A DNA stretch of 64,000 nucleotides, taken from the human T2T-CHM13v2.0 reference genome, Homo sapiens. The notes beneath the pieces were generated by a model. The model searched no databases. It was given only the letters and a program-made list of their open reading frames with translations, and was not told the DNA's origin. The translations under genes and the position numbers were made by a program. Of this stretch, positions 48,826-64,000 are shown piece after piece (positions within the stretch are counted from its first letter, which is position 1; the number at the start of each line of letters is the position of its first letter). Location of the stretch: the NCBI RefSeq assembly GCF_009914755.1, contig NC_060927.1; one strand, 5' to 3'.

Positions 48826-49486
48826 TCTTTTTTTTCGAGACGGAGTCTCGCTCTGTTGCCTAGGCTAGACCAGTGCAGTGGCACCATCTCAGCTCACTGC
48901 AACCGTCACCTCCCGGGTTCAAGCAATTTTCTGCCTCAGCCTCCTGAGTAGCTGGGATTACAAGCTCCCACCACCATGCCCAGCTAATTTTTGTATTTTT
49001 AGTAGAGATGGGGTTTCACCATCTTGGCCAGGCTGATCTTGAACTCTTGACCTTGTGATCCACCTTCCTTGGCCTCCCAAAGTGCTGGGATTACAGGTGT
49101 GAGCCACCACACCTGGCAATAATTTATTTATCTTATTATTTTATTTTTATTAGTACCAAAGACCAAGACTAGTGGTGTTTTGTTTTGTTTTGTTTTTTGT
49201 TTTCGAGATGGAGTCTCACTCTGTTGCCCAGGCTGAAGTGCAGTGGTATGATTTCAGCACGCTGTAACCTCCGTCTCCCAAGTTCAAGCAATACTCCTGC
49301 CTCAGCCTCCGGAGTAGCTGAGATTACAGGCTCCCACCACCACGCCCAGCTACTTTCTGTATTCTTAGCAGAGATGAGATTTCACCATGTTAGCTGTGCT
49401 GGTCTCAAACTCCTGACTTCAAGTGATCTGCCCGCCTTGGCCTCCCAAAGTGCTGGGATTGCAGGCGTCAGCCCCTGCACCTGGCC
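48826..49486 (-). mobile_element. Two antisense AluS copies (about 48826-49116 and 49177-49486)
   Basis: Full dimers; flanking ATAATT(A/T)ATTTATCT and ACTAGTG duplications. Confidence 0.93.
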
Positions 49487-49686
49487 CAAAACTAGTGTTA
49501 ATGAGAATCTAAATCCCCATTAGACTACCTGCTTGTTGTGGGCACCTCCCTGGCCTTCATTTACTTTGCAGATTCTTTTAGTCGCTCTTGGACTTTTCTT
49601 TTTCCTGCATACTGCTTTAAAAGATTTCTAAAAGGAATAGGAGCACAAAGGATATTGCCTTGCTATATTTTGTTGAACCCTAATTG

Positions 49687-50393
49687 TGTCGGAAAAAACT
49701 CAAACCATCTGTCTGCTGTTCTCACACCACAACAACAACGAACACAGAAGACTTCTGTGAGCAAATGTGTGGGAGTTTCTCCCCACACACCATGCAAGCA
49801 ATCAGTTTTGCAGTGGATCCCAGCTGTATAGCATCAGAAACCACAGGATGAGGGTTCCATCTCACAAGTCTGCCCCCTCTCCTTCCCACCAGTCATGAAT
49901 CTAGGCCCCTGGAACATCTGACCAACCAGCTTTAACTTGGGGTTTTCACAACCCCCTCTTTGGGTTGGATTAATTTGTTAGAGCAGCCCACAGAACTAGG
50001 GAAATACTTATATTGACCAATTTAATGCAAAGGATATCTTAAAGGACACAAATAAACAGCCACATGAAGAGATACACAGGATGAGTTCTAGAAGGGTCCT
50101 TGAGTGCGGCAGTTTTGTCCCTGTGAAGCTGGGGACATTCTCTTGGCACATGGATGAGTTCTTGTTCACTTCCCTGAAAGCTGGGGGATGGAGCTGAAAG
50201 TCCCACCCCCTCTAACCCTGCCTTGTTCCTTCTGGTGACCAGGCCCCCATCCTGCAACTACCTAGGAACTGCCAGCCTTGAGTCAACTCAGTGTATGAAA
50301 GACACTTATCACTTTGAATATTCCAAGGATTTTAGGAGTTGTGTGCCAGCACACACGGTCAAAGACCAAATATATATTTCTCAGTATCATACA
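49687..50393 (-). mobile_element. MER21-type LTR
   Basis: AACACAGAAGACTTCTGTGAGCAAATGTGTGGG..GGGTTGGATTAATTTGTTAGAGCAGCCCACAGAACT..AAAGACACTTATCACTTTG..AAAGACCAAATATATATTTC. Confidence 0.8.
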
Positions 50394-50904
50394 AATACAA
50401 ATCCTTCCCAGTGAACTGCAATCAACTGGCTCGTGAGAATCAGGATCATTAGCAACCCAAGAATGTTTCTTGAGTTCCTGCACTCTCCTCATGCAGAGCT
50501 CCTGCCCAGTCATTGTTCTAGCTGCTTCATGGCTCCCTTCGTAAGGGAGACACTATGTCCTGACAAAGCATTACTTGCCCAAAGTAATGTCCTGTACTCT
50601 GTCTGTTCTTTAGAAAATTAGCATTACACTGTCACATGTTCACCTTTTACTATCCCAGATGTTATCTCTGAATTCAGGATTAGTTTTAGTTAATAGGACT
50701 TTAAAACTTTTGCTGGGGTGGGAGGGTAGGTGAGTATACTGGAGTGTAGAACCATATTCCAAAGCTCAACAAGACAACAGCAAAACCTCACTCATTGTTT
50801 AATTTAGAATAAGGTGGGACATGGTCTTCTATGTGAAGGAAAAAAGGCACTTGGTATAATTCTGACTTTCCTAGGAGTCAGGGGTTTCCAGATTGGCCTC
50901 TCTC

Positions 50905-51215
50905 TTTTATTTTTTTGAGACAGGGTCTCACTCTGTTGTCCAGGCTGGAGTCCAGTAGCATAATCATGACGAACTGCAGGCTCTACCTTCTGGGCTCAGG
51001 TGATCCTCCCACCTAAGCCCCCCAAGTAGCTGGGGGACTATAGGTGTGTGCCACCAGGCCTGCTAATTTTTTTTTTTTTTTTTTTTTTTGGAGAGATGAG
51101 GTTTTACCATGTTGCCAGGCTGTTCTCAAACTCCTGAGCTCAAGTGATCCACCTGCCTTGGCCTCCCAAAGAGCTGTGATTACGGCATTAGCCACTGCCA
51201 CCATGCCCAGACCAG
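50905..51215 (-). mobile_element. AluJ
   Basis: TSD CCAGATTGGCCT. Confidence 0.92.
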
Positions 51216-51572
51216 ATTGGCCTATTATTGATGTACAAGCTCCTTCAGAGAGAACCTTAATGAGAGCTCCATACCTTGGGCAATATGTACATTTTAACAC
51301 TTCAAGAAGGAAAAGTGATAAACTTCCCAGATAGATTTCCTGCTCCACAAACTGACAATAATGTCCCAGAGTTCATACGATGTAGCCATAAAACACTGGA
51401 GTGTTGTTTCTGTAAGAAGAACACCTCTGTCATGGCGTCCATCTGTAGAAACCCTGCCCTGTATCATAAGCCTGGATCCTCTGCTTAGATGCAGACAATC
51501 CCTTAATATGGACGTCAGATCCATTACTTAATTCTTGAACCACTGGGGAATTAAAGACCAAGAGTACTCATG

Positions 51573-51800
51573 AGGCCAGGCATGGTGGTCCTCACCTGTA
51601 GTATTAACACTTTGGGAGGCCAAGGCAGGAGGATTCCTTGAGCCCTGAAGTTCAAGACCAGCCTGGGCAACATAGGGACGCCTTGTCTTTACGAAATATA
51701 AAAATAACTTAGCCAATTGTCAGTGAGCCGTGATCATCGGATCACTTCCTTCCAAACTACGCAACAGAGCGAGACTGTTTTTCTTTTTTTAAAAAAAGAG
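51573..51800 (+). mobile_element. Alu left monomer plus degraded right-arm piece
   Basis: Near-TSD AAGAGTACTCATG / AAGAGTGCTCATG. Confidence 0.8.
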
Positions 51801-52534
51801 TGCTCATGGAACAGTTGGCCTCAGAGCAATGTCTCTTGTTAAATTGTTGGCAACCACAATATCAGCTTGCTGTTCCCTTATAGGCATAGACCAAAATTTG
51901 CTTCTCCAGTTTCCTGAAATAACTTCCTGGTCTAATCTAATCTTGCCAATCCCTTAAGGGCCAGCTCAAACCCCATCATCACTGGTTCCATAAAGGCATT
52001 CCCAATTACCTCTCTCTAGCCACAGCCTGCAGTCTTAAGCTGTCTTATTTCCTTCTTCTTTAGAATCTAATTCAAACTCCCTACACCTGCCTTTGTTCTT
52101 GGTCTATATTTTGGAGGTTTTTTACCTCTTCTTGTCTCTTCCTCTTTCTCCCTAACATCTTTCTGATTTCTGGGGCTCTGGACCTTGTGTCTCATTTCCT
52201 GTATCTAGCCTTACACTTGCCCCTGGTATCTGATACTGATATGGCTTCTCTGGAAATGACCAGAGCTCCCTTCTTTGGCTCCAATATTGGTACTTGCCTT
52301 TTGGATTTTGTCCACTAATGAAAGATCTGGATACTTTGCCTGACTCACTCCATTCCTGGAACTTACCTCAGTGCTGACCTCTAAGGCCAGCTAGTTTCTG
52401 GTCCTGTACAAAGGAAACTGAACAAGCATAGCAAGTAATGTATTTTCCTTTGGCTAAATGTCTTACCCCAGGTAGACAGTAACTCTCCTGATGTGGGACC
52501 ACAAATCATAAAATAGGGAAGGCCTAGCCTCGTA

Positions 52535-52730
52535 AGTTTTGGAGTTAGATGTTTCTGAGTTCTAATCGCAGCTTGCCATTGAATTCATTTACTTATTATG
52601 ATCTTGGGCAAGTAATGAGCCTTTTTGAACCTCAGTTTTTTTCGTATCAGTTAAATGGGAATAATAATAATAGTACCTAATAGGATTAATGCGACGATTA
52701 ATGAACAATAAAGTGAAACTTTGAAATGTT
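52535..52730 (+). mobile_element. MIR fragment
   Basis: ATCTTGGGCAAGT..TGAACCTCAGTTT..AAATGGGAATAATAATAATAGTACCT. Confidence 0.7.
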
Positions 52731-52893
52731 AACAAAATCCTTTCACACTAGTACAAACTCTAATGCTTGGTCCAAGGATGGTGTGGGGTGTGTGTGTGTG
52801 TGTGTGCGTGTTACTAGGAAAAAATTTCCAAGAACTGTCAGGGTCTATGCAGAATATCCGGCACACACAAAGCACTCAATAAATGTAAGCTTA

Positions 52894-53530
<637 letters not shown>

Positions 53531-53649
53531 AAGTCAACAGATGGATCACCATCCTTCCAGATCAGAAAAACAGGCTGGGGCAAAGGGCAATTGCTTACGC
53601 TTACCTTACCGATTTTTCCAGGGTATAAGCATGCTGTGGAAATTTAAAT

Positions 53650-53672
53650 TTCTTTCTTTCTTTCTTTCTTTT

Positions 53673-53734
<62 letters not shown>

Positions 53735-53777
53735 TTCCTTCCTTCCTTCCTTCCTTCCTTCCTTCCTTCCTTCCTTC

Positions 53778-53812
<35 letters not shown>

Positions 53813-53831
53813 TCCTCCTTTCTTTCTTTTT
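53650..53831. repeat. Compound (TTTC)n(TTCC)n(TTTC)n pyrimidine microsatellite
   Basis: About 180 nt of pure C/T; expanded Alu tail. Confidence 0.97.
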
Positions 53832-54110
<279 letters not shown>

Positions 54111-54377
54111 AGGTGTGAAAGCCCAGTGACAGCTTAGTAGAGGAGATAGTTGGGGTATGGACTCTGGATTACTTGACTTACATGTAAAAGGTAAACTTTA
54201 CTAGGTTTACCTAGTAAAGGTAAAAAAAAAAAAAGGTAGGTGAGTCCTTTACTATTTCTAGGAATTGGCTAGCCGTTAGAGGGTCAGTCCCTCCAGGGTG
54301 CAGAAAACCGCCCATGTCAAAGCACCCAAAACCCTTGGTTAACACAAGTTTCAACAATCATTGTCAGAGCCAGGGAC

Positions 54378-54775
54378 TGTATTAGTTTGCGAGAGCTGCT
54401 ATAGCAAAATAACACAGACTGAGTTCCTTATACAGCTATGAGAAATTTGTTTTCTCACAGTTTTGGAGGCTAGAAGTCCAAGATCAAGGTGTTGGCAAGG
54501 TTAATTTCATTCTGAGGACTCTCTCCTTGCCTTGCAGATGGTCACCTTCTTGTTGCATCCTCACATGGTCTTTTCTTTGTGCATGCACCTCTCTGGTGTC
54601 TCATTGTGTGTCCAAATTTCCTCTTATTATGAGGACACCAGTCAGATTAGATCTGGGCCTAACTTAACAGCCTCATTTTAACTTCATCTCTTTAAAGACC
54701 CTGTCTTTAAATATAGTCACACTCTCAGGTACCGGGGGTTAGGGCTCCAACAGTTGATTTTTAGGAGGACACCTT
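54378..54775 (-). mobile_element. MLT1B-type MaLR LTR
   Basis: TGTATTAGTTTGC..GCTAGAAGTCCAAGATCAAGGTGTTGGCA..GAGGACACCAGTCAGATTAG..AAAGACCCTGTC. Confidence 0.85.
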
Positions 54776-54807
54776 TTTGATCACCTGAAAACAAGAGATG
54801 GATTTGG

Positions 54808-55085
54808 GGCCGGTCGCAGTGGCTCATGCCTGTAATCCTAGCAATTTGGGAGGTCAAGGCGGGTGGATCACCTGAGGTCAGGAGTTTGAGACCAGCCTGA
54901 CCAACATGGCGAAACCCCGTCTCTACTAAAACTACAAAAATTAGCTAGGCGTGGTGGCACTGCCTGTAATCCCAGCTATTTGGGGGGCTGAGGCAGGAGA
55001 ATCGCTTGAACCTGGAGGGTGGAGGTTACAGTGAGTGGAGATCGCATGACAAGAGCGAAACTCCATCTCAAAAAAAAAAAAAAAG
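54808..55085 (+). mobile_element. AluS with right-arm deletion
   Basis: Dimer with A tail. Confidence 0.92.
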
Positions 55086-55255
55086 AAAGACACAGATTTG
55101 GTAGAGGGAAAGATACACTCATGAGGACTATGAGGTAGCAACATTTGGGTAGTATGTGAATATGACCTCACTCATATCTATGAGCTTTGGGGGCCTAGAC
55201 AAATTTAGAGTGCAGAGGTGTTTGCTTATGTGAAAGATTATCAATAAATCTATAT

Positions 55256-55566
55256 GGCCAGGAACGGTGGCTCACACCTGTAATTCCAGCACTTTAGGAT
55301 GCCAAGGTGGGCAGATCACCTGAGGTCAGGAGTTCAAGACCAGCCTGGCCAACATGGTGAAACCCCGTCTCTACTAGAAATACAATTAGCTGGGCATGAT
55401 GGCGCATGTCTGTAATCCCAGCTATTCAGGAGGCTGAGGCAGCAGAATCACTTGAGCCCAGGAGGCAGAGGCTGCAGTGAGCCAAGATCGTGCCATGAAC
55501 TCCAGCTTGGGCAACAGAGTGAGACTCTGTCTCAAAATAAATAAATAAATAAATAAATAAAATAAA
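55256..55566 (+). mobile_element. AluS with (TAAA)n tail
   Basis: TSD AATAAATCTATA. Confidence 0.95.
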
Positions 55567-55882
55567 TCTATACTGAATCAAGATTCAATCAATACCAAAG
55601 GCCAATGTCCATAACTCCAGGGGGATCAAATCCCCTTTCAAAAGCACATCAATCATATTTACTTGCATTAATAGTTAACGCCCTGACAATGTACAGCCTG
55701 GGTCCTCTCTTTGACAGCAACAGTTCATGCAGATATTGCAGAGAAAGAGGGCCAACAGGCTTGACTGTCTGAAAGAGAGTACATGATATACAGGTTTTAA
55801 AGTTCAATGTACCAACAAATTGGCCATTGACTTCTTTCTCCTCTTCCCTGGTCAGGAGAATCTTGTATAGGCTCTCTTCTTG

Positions 55883-55883
<1 letters not shown>

Positions 55884-55928
<45 letters not shown>
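55884..55928. repeat. (CA)n microsatellite
   Basis: About 20 CA units. Confidence 0.97.
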
Positions 55929-55929
<1 letters not shown>

Positions 55930-56122
55930 CAAATTTGTTGCAGCCCACCAAATTTCTCCCTCACTAGTTACCATGCAGGACTCTAGAGAATTCCTTTTGT
56001 GCCACCTATGCTCTGCTTGAAGAGGTGGTTGGGAACAGCTGGCAGAAGCCATGCTGCTTGCCTCTCTTCCTCTCCATGCCCCTTCCTTCTCACAGGAAGT
56101 ATAAAACCTTTGTTATGAATAA

Positions 56123-56530
<408 letters not shown>

Positions 56531-57365
56531 TCTAGCAGTATTTGAATTAACCAAGCAATAGGACTGATGGAAGCAGATTTACACAAAGTGCTCCGAGAGG
56601 CTTTGTACCAGTCAGAGGTGGTGAATGCCAGCAAGGAAAACCAACGCTGGATAACTTAAGCAAAAAGAGAGATTCCTGGAAGGTTATCAGGAGGCGGTTC
56701 ACAGGATCCACCAGGTCTGGAGTAAGGAGGGTAGAAATCCTTGGAAACAGGTTGGAAATGAGAAGGCTTCAGAAATTGTCACAGAAACAATCTGGGTGGG
56801 GGTTCTCATTATCTTTCTAAATGTCAACCTGTTGCTGGACTTGACCACAAAACATGGCCACCAGTGGATACTGTTGCCACTCTGCAAGTGCACACCAGCA
56901 GGCCTATGCTTTTTGCATTATACTCTGCCAATTCAAAGTGCCAAGAGTGGTCATCTGATCAATTGGCCTAGCTTCCTTGCTTGAACCCCTACTACTAGGG
57001 GCAGAAGAAAGTGGGGGCTATCTCCCCTTTGTCTTCCCCTGGTCTTAGAAAGTTGGGAAGAACAGTGTCTTATAATAATAGGCATATTGGTGGATTTCTC
57101 CAAAGTAAAAAGGGAGGTTGAATGTTGGAAATGCAAAAAAATTAATGAAGATTCACCACAACTATGACTCTAGCTACAAAAATTAAAAGCTATGTCAGGA
57201 AAAAGAATACTGAATGTAGAATTGTATTAATATGTATGTACCAGCCCTTAGCTGGTGAAGCAGAGAAAGCAAGATGTACACTGAAAGTCTGTGCCCTTCC
57301 TTTCAAAGTATAAAGTTGTCAAAGGGAAGTGCCTTCCAAGCTAGAGACTACATTTACCGACACTG

Positions 57366-58937
<1,572 letters not shown>

Positions 58938-60046
58938 TCGTCTCTCTTTTGAAAAACAAAATTAATGGTATGTACCACAAAAGGTAGATGTCAGGAATAA
59001 ATGAAATTGTGAATGTAAAACACCTTGCATGATGCTTGGCATGCAGTAAGTTCTTAATGGGTGGTAGGCTGCTGGCAGAACATGGTGTATATGGTGAGGA
59101 GAGGGGTACAAACTGGGAAGTAAGAGACTGGAATTCTCATTCCAGGACAGCTGCTTTCTGTATAACTTTGGGAAAATACCTTTATCTCTTTGAACTTTGC
59201 TTTTCTTATCTACAAAGCAATGGCATTGGATGGCACCTGGGATCTCCACACTGTTTCCTGTAAAAACAATTGGCTTTGCAAATTTCCTCAGGGAATCCCC
59301 TAGGAAGAGGCTGTGTCAAACCAAGCAGACTCTGGTCCCTGTCTCTGTTTCAAACAGAGAAGCTCCAATTCCATTTGTTCGACATGTTGGGCTTTCAGTA
59401 GAGTGCTGGTTTAAAGAAAAGGTATTGCTGCGGTTTAAAAAAAAAAAAATTGAATATCAGTGTACTCCAAGATTTAAGTCTTCCCCACTCTAATACTCTA
59501 AGATTCTGTGAAGGTCTGAGCAATGATGGGTTAGTCCACTAAGTCATGTTGGGAAAGGCTATAGCTTTCCTCCTCCACTTGACCAGTTTGAAAGAAGCCA
59601 AGGGAGTGACCTGCAAGTCCCAAGACTGCCCAGGCATAAAAGTACTTAGGTGGGGCAGAATCATGACTATGAATAAGAACTCAAAATGCAACCAGCAGGT
59701 ACAGTCCCTGGCACTAGAACTCAGGAAAAGGGCAAGTGCACACTGTTCTGGTTGGAAAATGCGTAAGCCAAGTACGTGACTGAACAGGCTCTTTCTAACC
59801 AGTAAGCTAAGGAAAAGAAAGCAGCCGGATTTGCAGGCTTATAGATCTGTCACTGAGGAGAAAGTAACTGGCTCCTGGTCAAGTCATCAGCATTCCAATA
59901 TGGCTTTCTACCATAGGATGTGTGGCCTTATAACACACAAATGTCCCAGGAAGAGAGTGTGGCCAAAGGCTACATATAGTGCTGGTGTTATGAATTTCAT
60001 TTACTCAGCCCACATATAGTGCCAAATGTGCTAGGCACTGTTTTAG

Positions 60047-60691
<645 letters not shown>

Positions 60692-60951
60692 GATGGTAGT
60701 GGTTTATTTTTATTTTTTTTTAGTTGTTGTTTTTTTCTTTTTTCTTTTTTTGTAGATGTGGGGACCAGTGCAACAGGGTGTTGCAGTACGGGAGAGAGAT
60801 TGGACTCAAATTCCTGTTGTTTAAACTACAACAGTAGCAGTGTGAGTAGTAAGCCATCAAATTCTGGATATATGTTTAAGATAGTGCAAATCAGCCCAAC
60901 TGAACCACCAGGACATTGCCTCGTTGTTCTGTTCTTTTTTTTTTTTTTTTC

Positions 60952-63375
<2,424 letters not shown>

Positions 63376-63377
63376 GC

Positions 63378-64000
<623 letters not shown>

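Noticed and set aside
56092-56107. Adjacent ETS (CAGGAAGT) and TATAAAA motifs
   Set aside because: Isolated short motifs with no supporting downstream exon or CpG enrichment.

Overview
Primate (human-like) non-coding genomic DNA, intronic or intergenic. No protein-coding exon can be supported; nearly all ORF-track entries are Alu, LTR or low-complexity read-throughs. About 70-75 Alu/FLAM copies or fragments (manual count) cover roughly a third of the window. Main elements: (1) a solo HERV-K(HML-2) LTR5-type LTR at 5344-6368 with TSD ATGTT; (2) a 4.2-kb, heavily deleted HERV-H provirus on the minus strand (23671-27903) with LTR7B-like LTRs and a tRNA-Phe-like PBS, inserted inside an AluJ with TSD CTGAG; (3) a Y3 RNA (RNY3) retropseudogene; (4) many older LTR, LINE, MIR and DNA-transposon relics. 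I cannot establish a new biological system from sequence alone. The best lead is a possible plus-strand spliced non-coding transcript with a 68-nt exon (12122-12189) and a 131-nt exon made from the antisense Y3 pseudogene (21862-21992), downstream of the LTR5 and an AP-1-rich unique region. Other notable signals are a hairpin with perfect 25-bp arms, a 98-bp Alu-Alu gene-conversion tract, a templated AT-rich insertion and a retroposed poly(A)+ LTR fragment. Repeat subfamily names come from my recall of consensus sequences, and most repeat boundaries are approximate unless a TSD is quoted.
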